A stretch of 61,565 nt of DNA from an uncultured Gammaproteobacteria bacterium (GCA_964550845.1 CAZKAD010000001.1:197750-259314); one strand, 5' to 3'. Shown: positions 16,649-25,614, numbered from the stretch's first letter. A program made the numbers and translations. The notes: a model not told the origin generated them from the letters alone.

Positions 16649-16696
16649 TCGTACTCCAAAGAGTATGAAATTTTTAATTGTTCGAATGGTTAAAGT

Positions 16697-17431
16697 TTAA
16701 TCTCGAAAGTATCTTTCAGATAAAAAGATACATTCAGGTTGATCTCGAAAATATTCATCCTTTTCAAGACCATTAATTGAGGTTTGATAACATGCGCAAA
16801 GTTCTGTTTCTGGAGTAAGTTCTTGAATCACTTTTGTAAAGTTAAACTTCTCAGTTGGAACTTCAAAATCATCAATTAAAGTGAATCTCTTTCCTCTGCT
16901 TTCGAACCAAGTGTAGCCAATTCTATTTCTGAAAAATTGTTCATAATTTACATCTCGATATTGAAGATTCTTTTGAAGTTGTTCGATAAATTGTCCAGTA
17001 CGAAACCAAAATGTTTGATCTCGAAATCCTCGATCATTGTCAAGTTGATCTGAAATAATTTTTATGTCATGGTAATAAAAGCTTGGTTCACGATAATCAT
17101 CTGAATCGAAACAAGGAAGTGATTTCGGAAGAGATCCATATTCATCGGGGAAATCATCAAGATCGATAATCTCTTTTCCATCAAAAATGCATAACGCTTC
17201 CATACGGTAGAAATCTGTTTTTCCGTTTGGACTTGCTCGACATTCTTCAAATGATACTAAATCTCCACGTTGTAAAGGAAGTTTCTTTGATCGAAGTTCC
17301 TCAAGAGCAAGATCAAGATGTTTCTTCTCCGGGAAATAAAAACATTCTTTTGGCTCAAGTTCAACTGGAACATTTGCTTTCCAACAAACGTTAAACGTCC
17401 GAGGTAAATCGAGATCTTTTTGATCGGCCAT
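16697..17431 (-). CDS. hypothetical protein
   Basis: 244-aa ORF with no recognised domain. Confidence 0.7.
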   Translation of the reverse strand: MADQKDLDLPRTFNVCWKANVPVELEPKECFYFPEKKHLDLALEELRSKKLPLQRGDLVSFEECRASPNGKTDFYRMEALCIFDGKEIIDLDDFPDEYGSLPKSLPCFDSDDYREPSFYYHDIKIISDQLDNDRGFRDQTFWFRTGQFIEQLQKNLQYRDVNYEQFFRNRIGYTWFESRGKRFTLIDDFEVPTEKFNFTKVIQELTPETELCACYQTSINGLEKDEYFRDQPECIFLSERYFRD

Positions 17432-17517
17432 TTCTGATTTATTTATATTGCTATTTTAAATGCGAACAAAATCATTTTTGCTTGTCGATTCAAGGATGCA
17501 TGTTGATATACCCTTTC

Positions 17518-17525
17518 AAAATTGA
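17518..17525 (+). promoter_or_regulatory. AAAATTGA octamer
   Basis: 104 nt upstream of ATG 17629, with a repeat element in between. Confidence 0.5.
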
Positions 17526-17580
17526 AATTTTTATCCAAAAAGAAAGCAATTTATCGTATAGCAATCAAGCAATCGAACCT

Positions 17581-17624
17581 TTAAACTTTTAACCACTTCA
17601 AAGAGTCTCGAAAGACGTTTAACG
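17581..17624 (-). repeat. GTTAAAC-hairpin element, long variant, reverse orientation
   Basis: ttaaacttttaaccacttcaaagagtctcgaaagacgtttaacg. Compare 39953.. and 43711.. (ttaaccacttcagagagtcc...). Confidence 0.75.
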
Positions 17625-17628
17625 TAAA

Positions 17629-18717
17629 ATGGATCGATCTTGTATGGTTTGCGCAGCTCATCATGTAATGACCACTGAGTGTGGACATTATATTTGCGGG
17701 GAATGTTTTGAGAACTACCTCGCCATTCGAATGGATGCCGGGTATCAATTCAATTGCCCAGAACCTAATTGCAAGCACATTTTTACTGGGAGAGAACTCA
17801 CCGGATTTATGTTCGGAGAGTTTGGTAAACGATTGAGCAACTATTTGTCTCAACAAATTACCTCAAATCTCTTTCCATTGAAATGTGTTCATTGTACATC
17901 TGAATGGACAATCCCGAAAAAGCCCGAAAATCCATGTGTCTTCTGTGAAACTTGCGCCAATTTCTTTTGTTCCGAATGTAACACTGATTGGCACGAAGGC
18001 AAGAAATGTTCACCGAAGAACGTCGCTCTTGATCTTCGTATTGACGAAGATCAAGACAAATATGGCAATTGTCCAAAGTGCCAACGACTCATCAACAAAG
18101 GTGACGGTTGTGATCATGTCAGATGTGTTTGCGGATTTGAATTCTGGTGGTCTACCAAAGAAGAGTTCAAGATTGCAAGCTGGGATCAAGCTGAACAACT
18201 TCCTTTCCATGAAGTTGTCAGACAAGAAGAGATGAAAAGTCCAATTCCTGGAGTTCGAGGACCTCGACTCGTGGAAGTACCTCGAGTTGTTGAACGGCGA
18301 CTCGCGCAAGTACCTCTTCAGGAAGTACCTCGACGAGAGGTTCCTCGACAAGAGATTCCTCGACCAATTCCACCACCTCTTCCACCTCGACCGACTGGAG
18401 CTCAAAAAGCTTTGCTCAAAGAGGTTCATCAAGACATCAAGATGAAAGAAAAAGCGAACGAGACGATTTATGTCCGCTTTTTCGAAGAACCTCAAATTCC
18501 TCTGAATCGGCAACAACCGAGAATCATCAATCATTGGAAGAAACATCTCGATAAATACGACAAGAAGTATCTACAAGAAAAGATGTATGAGATTGTTCAC
18601 TTCGCGCCTGTCTTTTACTCAAAAGAAGATTTTGTGAATGTACTTGCTTACCGACTGACCTATTATAGTTCAGTCAGTGTCGAGTATCTTCAAAAACTTC
18701 CTCCTCACGTAGCTTAG
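17629..18717 (+). CDS. RBR (RING-IBR-RING) E3 ubiquitin ligase-like protein
   Basis: RING1 is CMVC..CGHYICGEC..CPEPNC. The IBR is CVHC..CVFCETC..CSEC..H..C. RING2 is CPKCQRLINKGDGCDHVRCVCGFEFWW. A Pro-rich EVPR-repeat tail follows. Confidence 0.85.
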   Translation: MDRSCMVCAAHHVMTTECGHYICGECFENYLAIRMDAGYQFNCPEPNCKHIFTGRELTGFMFGEFGKRLSNYLSQQITSNLFPLKCVHCTSEWTIPKKPENPCVFCETCANFFCSECNTDWHEGKKCSPKNVALDLRIDEDQDKYGNCPKCQRLINKGDGCDHVRCVCGFEFWWSTKEEFKIASWDQAEQLPFHEVVRQEEMKSPIPGVRGPRLVEVPRVVERRLAQVPLQEVPRREVPRQEIPRPIPPPLPPRPTGAQKALLKEVHQDIKMKEKANETIYVRFFEEPQIPLNRQQPRIINHWKKHLDKYDKKYLQEKMYEIVHFAPVFYSKEDFVNVLAYRLTYYSSVSVEYLQKLPPHVA

Positions 18718-18740
18718 TTAGAGGCTACTTAAGAAAAAAT

Positions 18741-18764
18741 ATTCTTTCCTCTCGAGGAAAGAAT
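18741..18764. terminator. hairpin downstream of 17629..18717
   Basis: Arms attctttcct / aggaaagaat, centre ctcg. Confidence 0.65.
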
Positions 18765-18789
18765 GACCCACCCTTTTTCATCGGCCGAA

Positions 18790-18797
18790 AAAATTGA
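18790..18797 (+). promoter_or_regulatory. AAAATTGA octamer
   Basis: 107 nt upstream of ATG 18904, with a repeat array in between. Confidence 0.5.
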
Positions 18798-18823
18798 ATC
18801 TTTTTCCTCTTGAGGAAAGAGCA

Positions 18824-18903
18824 GTAAACGTCCCTTCGGGATTGGTTAAACTTCCCTTCGGGATTGGTTAAACGTCCCTTCGGGATTTTCTGAATTGGTT
18901 AAA
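18824..18903 (+). repeat. GTTAAAC-hairpin element, tandem array (3 units) ending ggttaaa-ATG
   Basis: gtaaacgtcccttcgggattgg, ttaaacttcccttcgggattgg, ttaaacgtcccttcgggatt, then ttctgaattggttaaa. Confidence 0.9.
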
Positions 18904-19779
18904 ATGAGCATGGAATGGGTCCTTCGAGGAGAAGGAGACAGATCACCTGAAACTATAAATATGTTAGAATGGGTCCGATATGATGAAAAAATTCCGGAGT
19001 GTTTGCTTGAAATTGCGAGATGTGCCCAACAAAATCAAGTTCCGGAATATTTGTTTCATCGTTGTTCCAATTTTACCAAACAAAAAGTCGGACAATTTCC
19101 CATAAAATTTCAAGTCGAGATGATAGATCTTTGGCAAAGTCCTCATACATTAGTTAATTTTCACCCATACACCAATCAACATATGGATGTTATTTTGATT
19201 GAAATGCTAGTCAATATCTCACATCCCGATTTCACTCGATTGAAATGTATTCCCGAATTTCTACGTGCTTGTACAGGAAAATTATTCTGTCTAATTAATG
19301 AAACCGGATTAAGACTAAGAGATGTTTTTGAAAAACTTCAAACATTTAGTTACATAGCTACAAGAATTGAGCCTGAAGATTTACTTCTTGTTGGCAAGAT
19401 AGAGCGTCTTCATCTTCAGGAGATTGACAGCATTAGTAAATTTCTGCTTGCCAATCAAAGATTTCAGGTTAATGAACTTAAATTAAATATACCTCCAGAG
19501 GAAAAAATTCCTCGAATGTTTTTCCCTGAAATGATCTTTGCATCTCGCGAGAAACCAAATGGATTTCTTCTTGAGAAAGAATATCAACGCATAGTTTCAT
19601 ATGGAATAAATAATGAAGGTTACATCTATGTCCTTCCTCAAGTGTTTGTGAACATCATTGCAACTGGATTGTTTGAACGGATACCTTTTCTTGTTGAAGA
19701 TCTCTACGATCCCAGACTTTTAATTCAGATTTGGTGGTTTGCTGATGATTTCTTTCTCGTAAGCAAAACGAAAAATTGA
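18904..19779 (+). CDS. LYDPRLL-motif family protein
   Basis: Trimmed to the ATG at 18904. C-terminal FLVEDLYDPRLLIQIWWFADDF; close paralog of 19822..20655. Confidence 0.8.
   Translation: MSMEWVLRGEGDRSPETINMLEWVRYDEKIPECLLEIARCAQQNQVPEYLFHRCSNFTKQKVGQFPIKFQVEMIDLWQSPHTLVNFHPYTNQHMDVILIEMLVNISHPDFTRLKCIPEFLRACTGKLFCLINETGLRLRDVFEKLQTFSYIATRIEPEDLLLVGKIERLHLQEIDSISKFLLANQRFQVNELKLNIPPEEKIPRMFFPEMIFASREKPNGFLLEKEYQRIVSYGINNEGYIYVLPQVFVNIIATGLFERIPFLVEDLYDPRLLIQIWWFADDFFLVSKTKN
19772..19779 (+). promoter_or_regulatory. AAAATTGA octamer overlapping the upstream stop codon
   Basis: 43 nt upstream of ATG 19822. Confidence 0.6.
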
Positions 19780-19821
19780 AAAAATCCCTCTCTTTTCGAA
19801 GAAAGGGGGAAGAGATTAATT

Positions 19822-20655
19822 ATGGCCATAAAATGGCTATGGTACAGCGATTCATTACCCCGATATTTTACCAAGTTTGCAGAATCTATTAAACATAATC
19901 AAGTTGAACCAGACTTGTTGGATAATTCCCTAGCGGCAACCAAGAGCATTATCCAAAATGGTATTCAAAAGATTGAAATAAATATTGGTTTAATCAATTT
20001 CGGGACAACAGATCCATGTCTACTGTTGATTTGCTGTTGTACTATGGCAAGAGATAACAAATTGGTTTGTCTGATTGACATCAAAATGAATATTTCACAT
20101 CCTGATTTCGATCGTATTGACTGTATTGCGAGTCTTCTTGATGGATGTAAAGGAAAAATTGCCAGCTTTTGGAATGAAAGTGAGAGAGAAGATATTTTTA
20201 AAGGACTTCAGGTTGATTCCTATTTTGCAACAAAAATTCCGCTTCAGAACTTACTTCAAATCGAAAAGTTTAAACGGCTTTTTCTTCAAGATATCAGGAA
20301 TATTCGCGAACTCTTGTTATGCGAACAAAAACTTCCAATTGATCGTCTCGACATTGATTTCAAACCCGGAGATGAACTTCCACGGATGTTTTATCCTGAG
20401 ATGATGATCGAACTTGATGGAAAACCAAATGAATCTCTTTTCCGGCAAGAATATCAACGATCATTTACACTTGGAATACATGATGAATTTTATATTTATC
20501 TTCTTCCTCAAGTGTTTGTTGAATTGATCGCAAGTGGTTTGGCTATTAGAATACCATTTCTGGTTGAAGATCTCTATGATCCAAGACTCTTAATTCAGAT
20601 TTGGAACTTTGCTGACCATTTTGATTTGATTTGGCGAGCCGCTTCACCATTGTAG
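19822..20655 (+). CDS. LYDPRLL-motif family protein
   Basis: 277 aa with C-terminal FLVEDLYDPRLLIQIWNFADHF. AAAATTGA at 19772..19779. Confidence 0.8.
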   Translation: MAIKWLWYSDSLPRYFTKFAESIKHNQVEPDLLDNSLAATKSIIQNGIQKIEINIGLINFGTTDPCLLLICCCTMARDNKLVCLIDIKMNISHPDFDRIDCIASLLDGCKGKIASFWNESEREDIFKGLQVDSYFATKIPLQNLLQIEKFKRLFLQDIRNIRELLLCEQKLPIDRLDIDFKPGDELPRMFYPEMMIELDGKPNESLFRQEYQRSFTLGIHDEFYIYLLPQVFVELIASGLAIRIPFLVEDLYDPRLLIQIWNFADHFDLIWRAASPL

Positions 20656-20663
20656 AAAATTGA
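20656..20663 (+). promoter_or_regulatory. AAAATTGA octamer
   Basis: 34 nt upstream of ATG 20697. Confidence 0.6.
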
Positions 20664-20696
20664 TTCTCTTTCTCTCTTTCCTCTTGAGGAAAAAGA

Positions 20697-21503
20697 ATGG
20701 AAACTTCAATTGAGAGAAAGAGTGAAAGTAAAGATGTTGAAAAGCCATTCAATCCAATTGAGATCTTTCGGATTGAAGCCAAGACTTTGATTGAGAAACT
20801 GGGCAAAACTTTATTCGGGCCTGTTACTGATAGAATATTTAATTTACATCTGAATGAAGATCAAGGAATGTTATATTTCCATTTTTCGCCGAACTTGTTC
20901 ACTCGAAGAACCGAAGCCGAGTTTGAAGATGATCACGGAAATACCGATCTCTCAAAGATACCGGGAATCTTCAAACTTGAGGATAAACCAAGATTTCTTC
21001 AATTTCTCCAACAATACAACGAAAACATTGTTACGATCCTGACGCGTGCTTATTATAAAGTCAAGGGATTGTCATTGATGGTGATCGAAGATTCGAAAGG
21101 AAATATTCAATTTCGTTACCACAGCATGGGATTTCTTGACGATAATACACACGATCTTGATCATTTGATAGAAATAATTGTTCGAATGCTTGGAGAAAAG
21201 ATTGATCGTGACTATGGATACGATCCATTGGCCGAGTTGACTCTTTGCGGATTGTCTGCGACGGAAAATTGTTGGACAAGTTTTCTACTTCGAGATGTAT
21301 ATGATCCTCGATTGCTAATTTTGATTTCACAATTTGCTTTCGGATACACTCAAAAAGAAATTGATAACATTGAAAAGCAATTTGAAGCTTGCTTCGTTGA
21401 TAATCACCACAAACGGCTAGAATATAAAATACCTCTTTGGACATCACGATGGATTCCAAAACGAACTCTTCTCGCTGCTCCACGTCGAGATTCAGAAGAA
21501 TAA
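20697..21503 (+). CDS. LYDPRLL-motif family protein (motif followed by a ~60-aa tail)
   Basis: 268 aa with LLRDVYDPRLLILISQFAFGY. AAAATTGA at 20656..20663; hairpin 21502..21525. Confidence 0.8.
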   Translation: METSIERKSESKDVEKPFNPIEIFRIEAKTLIEKLGKTLFGPVTDRIFNLHLNEDQGMLYFHFSPNLFTRRTEAEFEDDHGNTDLSKIPGIFKLEDKPRFLQFLQQYNENIVTILTRAYYKVKGLSLMVIEDSKGNIQFRYHSMGFLDDNTHDLDHLIEIIVRMLGEKIDRDYGYDPLAELTLCGLSATENCWTSFLLRDVYDPRLLILISQFAFGYTQKEIDNIEKQFEACFVDNHHKRLEYKIPLWTSRWIPKRTLLAAPRRDSEE

Positions 21504-21525
21504 TTTTTCCTCTTGAGGAAAAATT
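21502..21525. terminator. hairpin between convergent genes
   Basis: Arms aatttttcct / aggaaaaatt, centre cttg. Confidence 0.6.
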
Positions 21526-21549
21526 AAATGATAGAACTTTTTGAATTGA

Positions 21550-22197
21550 TTAATTCAACTCATTCAAACAAATAGCTGAATAGCGATAAGATCTTTGCTC
21601 TTGATTTGAACCAGGAATAAGCTTGACTTGATCTTTTTGCAACCAAACTTCAGTATCTTCAATGGCAAAGCGCATTCCATTTACTTGTTGCTTAAGTTTT
21701 TCAAGTTGTTCTGATGAAACAGTCCACATTTGGGCAAAAATTCGAGGTTGAATTCGAGATCCTCGGTAAGTGAAAGAAAATGAGAACGGACTACTTCGAT
21801 TCAAAAAGGAAGGAATTGAAATCTTCCAATCAAGTTTTGTGACTCCTTCTGGAACTGATAGTGAAGCGATTGGAAGATCGCCAACAAAAAGATGAATTGC
21901 GGATGTATGTTCAACTTCAGTGAAAGTAAATTGATCATAACCAGCGACATCAATGTTGATATTCTTTTCTGGACAGATCCAAAAAGCCCTCATCATTGGG
22001 CAGGGCAACTCCCGAATAGTTCGATGTACATCTCCCAAAAGCTCAGATAAGATTAAGTCCTTGTTCATGACGGCTTTATTAAGGGAGAAAATCTTTAAAT
22101 CAGTTTTATTGTTGTGATAATAAAACTGATTTTCCTCCAAGGAAAATTGTTGAAAAGAAATGTCTCTCAAAATTACCTCGAATGATTCGGATTGCAA
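21550..22197 (-). CDS. hypothetical protein
   Basis: 215-aa ORF, convergent with 20697..21503 across hairpin 21502..21525. Confidence 0.7.
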   Translation of the reverse strand: MQSESFEVILRDISFQQFSLEENQFYYHNNKTDLKIFSLNKAVMNKDLILSELLGDVHRTIRELPCPMMRAFWICPEKNINIDVAGYDQFTFTEVEHTSAIHLFVGDLPIASLSVPEGVTKLDWKISIPSFLNRSSPFSFSFTYRGSRIQPRIFAQMWTVSSEQLEKLKQQVNGMRFAIEDTEVWLQKDQVKLIPGSNQEQRSYRYSAICLNELN

Positions 22198-22675
22198 AGA
22201 TGATGAAAAAGATTTCGGCGATGGAGATACACGAGTTGTATCAAGTTCATTTTTCTTTGAATTGATGACTCAACGATTGTCTCGAAAAAATCTTGATCTA
22301 ATTCGAGATAAAACCAAGCAATTGCTCGAAAAAATTACAAAAGAAATCAACTATTCAATTTCATTCGAATTTCAAGAGGAAATTTTTTCAATGGCTTATT
22401 TCGACGATGAAATCTACGATCGAATTGAATGCAACTTGGGATGCGGTGAATTTCATCAATCTGAAAAATTTGATCGAGGACCAAGCCTCCCATTTCGAGC
22501 CAATTATTCGCTCTTGACTAACAATATTGTTTTGTTCTTTGAAAAAACCGATGGTTTTGCACAAGCTTGTTACAGCTTTTCACTTGATTTGGCTATTATT
22601 TCAAGGGGCGAACGACAAATCAACTTGAAAACTTATCTTCAAAACGCATTCGCATTGTTGAACCACGACGATTAA
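22160..22675 (+). CDS. hypothetical protein (start uncertain; alternative ATG at 22265)
   Basis: 171-aa ORF. The first 38 nt overlap the 5' end of the divergent gene 21550..22197. Hairpin 22678..22703 lies downstream. Confidence 0.55.
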   Translation: MSLKITSNDSDCKDDEKDFGDGDTRVVSSSFFFELMTQRLSRKNLDLIRDKTKQLLEKITKEINYSISFEFQEEIFSMAYFDDEIYDRIECNLGCGEFHQSEKFDRGPSLPFRANYSLLTNNIVLFFEKTDGFAQACYSFSLDLAIISRGERQINLKTYLQNAFALLNHDD

Positions 22676-22677
22676 TC

Positions 22678-22703
22678 ATTTCTTTCCTTTCGTGGAAAGA
22701 AAT
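22678..22703. terminator. hairpin downstream of 22160..22675
   Basis: Arms atttctttcc / ggaaagaaat, loop tttcgt. Confidence 0.6.
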
Positions 22704-22742
22704 TAACGAATTTCTTTATTTATAAAAAGAACGACATTTTGA

Positions 22743-23279
22743 ATGAAAGGTGAATTGGTACTCATCCTCGGATGTATGTTTGCAGGTAAAACTGAAACAT
22801 TGTTGGCCAAGGCACATCGGTATTTGATCGCAAAGAAAAAGATTGTTTTAATTAAGTATCGAGGGGATAATCGTTATTCAGTTCAAGACATTTGTTCTCA
22901 TAGTGCAAAAAGTATGAAAGCAACTTTTGCGGTTGATAAATTGAGAGACGTTGATGAGAAATCGATTACAGATGCCGATGTGATTTTAATTGATGAAGGA
23001 CAATTCTTCCCCGATCTCGAGCTCGCTGATGTCTGGGCCAAAGACAAAACTGTAATTATTTCAGCCTTGAAATCCGATTGGAAGAAAGAACCTTTTCCCA
23101 GCATTGCCAAAATTATTCCTTGTGTTGATGAATTGATTCCTTTACGAGCTATTTGCAGTCAATGTGGAGAAGAAGCATCTCATACGAAGAAAATGGTCGC
23201 ATCTCAAGAAACCATTTTAATCGGCGGAAGTGAGAGTTATCAACCTCGATGTCGGAAATGCTTCTATTTGAATGAATAA
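22743..23279 (+). CDS. TK: thymidine kinase (TK1 type)
   Basis: 178 aa with P-loop GCMFAGKTE, IDEGQFF, and the C-terminal zinc-ribbon cysteines CSQCGEE...RCRKC. Confidence 0.92.
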   Translation: MKGELVLILGCMFAGKTETLLAKAHRYLIAKKKIVLIKYRGDNRYSVQDICSHSAKSMKATFAVDKLRDVDEKSITDADVILIDEGQFFPDLELADVWAKDKTVIISALKSDWKKEPFPSIAKIIPCVDELIPLRAICSQCGEEASHTKKMVASQETILIGGSESYQPRCRKCFYLNE

Positions 23280-23324
23280 TGTTAATGGAAAAATGATTTT
23301 TTTCGTTACAGATAAGTACATTAA

Positions 23325-23359
23325 TTAAACGTCCCGTAGAACTCTCTAAACTAGTTAAA
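23325..23359 (+). repeat. GTTAAAC-hairpin element, long variant
   Basis: ttaaacgtcccgtagaactctctaaactagttaaa, 11 nt before ATG 23370. Confidence 0.75.
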
Positions 23360-23369
23360 TTGTCAATCA

Positions 23370-23733
23370 ATGGCTTCGAGTCAACCAAATCGTCTTTTCA
23401 CTGTTGGAGATTCTGCTTCGAGTCCTTATGGAACGTGTTCAAGTGAGCTGATCGCCATCTTCTCAGCTAAATCAAGAGAAGATGTAATTAATTATTTGAC
23501 AGTCAAGTACAAAAAGTATATTCCAGTCGATAAGTTGCGTCTATACTTTTTACGAAGGTATGACAAGAAAAAGCCTAGACACACCTTTGTACAATTCCCT
23601 CGATCAACTGTACACGGATTTCGGAGCTTGTGCTCCAGAAACGGGGAAAAATTTTATTTTTCTTGTTGAAGGATACATTCATAACACTTTTCATATTGTC
23701 GATCAAGGTGAAATGGAAGTTATCAAATTGTGA
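23370..23733 (+). pseudogene. frameshifted paralog of 23852..24190
   Basis: Frame 1 (23370..23669) matches the paralog up to RRYDKK. The C-terminal match (SLDTPLYNSLDQL...FIFLVEGYIHNTFHIVDQGEMEVIKL) is in the +1 frame and ends at TGA 23731..23733. The switch falls at the A5 run 23568..23572. Confidence 0.6.
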
Positions 23734-23851
23734 AGTATGAAATTGTCACATCGAAAAACAAAACTGATTTTTCCTTCTCTCGAGAAAGAAAAGATATTCA
23801 CTTTCCATTATTTTGAGTTCAAAATACAAAGAGTAAATCATAAATCGTAAC

Positions 23852-24190
23852 ATGGCTCAAGAAAAGTTTAACTTCATTATTCGAAAGAATGCCTATCCTA
23901 AACAGGATATTCTTGTAGCTGTCATGAAAGCACAAGACAAAGACGAGGTCTATCAATACCTTGTCAAGAATTTCAAAAAGTATGTCCAATTTGATTTGGT
24001 CAAAACCGGTGAAGAACTTTTTAATCGTCGAAATGGAAAGATTATTGAAGCAAAAACAATTTCACTCGCCTATAAGGATATCAATCAACTGCCTCAAGAA
24101 AATCGAGATAATTTTCTGATCGCTATTGATGGTTACGTTCGTACATGGTATGACGTGAGTGTCGATCTTACATTCGAGATTATCGAGTGA
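23852..24190 (+). CDS. hypothetical protein
   Basis: 112-aa ORF, the intact paralog of 23370..23733. Confidence 0.7.
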   Translation: MAQEKFNFIIRKNAYPKQDILVAVMKAQDKDEVYQYLVKNFKKYVQFDLVKTGEELFNRRNGKIIEAKTISLAYKDINQLPQENRDNFLIAIDGYVRTWYDVSVDLTFEIIE

Positions 24191-24214
24191 ATTAAATTAA
24201 ATGTTTAAAACTGA

Positions 24215-24240
24215 TTTTTCCTTCTCTCGAGAAGGAAAAA
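24215..24240. terminator. hairpin downstream of 23852..24190 (one of three near-identical copies)
   Basis: Arms tttttccttc / gaaggaaaaa, centre tctcga. Related copies lie near 23771..23795 and at 27009..27032. Confidence 0.6.
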
Positions 24241-24271
24241 TATTGAATCATCGAAATATTAACATATCAAC

Positions 24272-24892
24272 ATGTCAAACTCATCCGAACAAATTACTTC
24301 AATTCGGCTGCTCAAAGGTAGGCAAAATTATGATGCAAGCGAGATCTATAAGTATTTCGACGAAAGAGCTGAGTTTGATGTCATTTTCAAGAAGGGTGAT
24401 CAAGAAACTGAAGGTATCTTTTCAGTCGCTGAGAACAAACTTAACACAGACGATATCATCTTTGATGCTTCGCTCGACCCATCTGCAATTACGGCAATTG
24501 GAGTGAACTTTAAATGTAAAATGATTACAGCGAACTGGGACTACGGAAGCGGTTATTTCAGCTGGAGAGTACGTCTACGACCCCTTCATCATTTTTCTAC
24601 CTATCGTGGTGCTTCTCTTAAAACCCAACATATTTTGATTCGAATTTCAGATCATCGCCTGTTCATCAACGATGTGAAAGATTTTTTTGCTTGTTTTGCA
24701 AGATTTTTATCAATGCAATACTCTCCATTTAAGCTCGAATTCTCGTTTCGGTCTTGCAATCTTGAGAATGTCCCACAAATGACAGCATTGATACTCGAGT
24801 CGATTAAAAATACAAAAATCGAAGAGAAAAATTTTTGTAAGATCGAGCTGACTCACAATTTAAAAGAGTATACAGCAATATTCTCTAAATAA
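24272..24892 (+). CDS. hypothetical protein, paralog of 27055..27753
   Basis: 206 aa sharing ETEGIFSV, SPFKLEF and other segments with 27055..27753. Confidence 0.75.
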   Translation: MSNSSEQITSIRLLKGRQNYDASEIYKYFDERAEFDVIFKKGDQETEGIFSVAENKLNTDDIIFDASLDPSAITAIGVNFKCKMITANWDYGSGYFSWRVRLRPLHHFSTYRGASLKTQHILIRISDHRLFINDVKDFFACFARFLSMQYSPFKLEFSFRSCNLENVPQMTALILESIKNTKIEEKNFCKIELTHNLKEYTAIFSK

Positions 24893-24913
24893 TAAGTTCT
24901 TTCGAGAACCTAT

Positions 24914-25582
24914 TTATCGAATTCCAAATAACTGAATTGTCGAGCCAGGATGAATACCATAACCAAAGCCGTTCGTAGTGAATTTAACTGCTGTAATTGG
25001 AGCGGTTTGAGTTGAATGGTAAGAATTAAACATTTGAAAACCTCCCGAAGCTCGTTGAGAGGCAATTCCACTTTCATCTCTTCCGTATCCAATTCTCACT
25101 CCAGTTACTGCATAATTTGGAAAAATCAAATCATAGTGCCCCGAAAAATTAAGACCAAGACCGGGAACCATTGACCAAATATTGGTAACAAATCCTGACG
25201 AACTTGATTGCGAATAAATTTGACCGCTTGTTTTATGGGAGAAAAGCATCGAAAGCGTAAATACTTGACTCATGGAATAAGTAGTTCCTGCTGAAACATT
25301 ATTTAAAGTTAAACTGCCTAGAGTCAAGGTGGTTGATGTAGGATGTGAAGTTCTGACATCTGCTCTCACTCGAAGATGTCGATAAGTCTGAGGAATATTT
25401 GTATATTCGAGGAAGGTTCCAGTTGCAAGTACTTTTTGTTCACCGAGAAACACTTCACCAGATTGATAATCTCCAGTTGCCCCAGTGGATCCGACTCCTC
25501 CAGTAATTGTTTCTGGAAACGCGGTTTCGATTCCAGATTCTTGGGATAAAAGTTGATTCAACAATCGAATCGAAGTTGCCAT
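24914..25582 (-). CDS. short collagen-like stalk plus beta-rich C-terminal domain protein
   Basis: 222 aa with GGVGSTGATGD triplets, IPQTYRHLRV, and C-terminal GSTIQLFGIR. Paralog of the next two genes. Confidence 0.8.
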   Translation of the reverse strand: MATSIRLLNQLLSQESGIETAFPETITGGVGSTGATGDYQSGEVFLGEQKVLATGTFLEYTNIPQTYRHLRVRADVRTSHPTSTTLTLGSLTLNNVSAGTTYSMSQVFTLSMLFSHKTSGQIYSQSSSSGFVTNIWSMVPGLGLNFSGHYDLIFPNYAVTGVRIGYGRDESGIASQRASGGFQMFNSYHSTQTAPITAVKFTTNGFGYGIHPGSTIQLFGIR

Positions 25583-25614
25583 TTAATTGGATAAATATTT
25601 TTTATCTTTCATAA

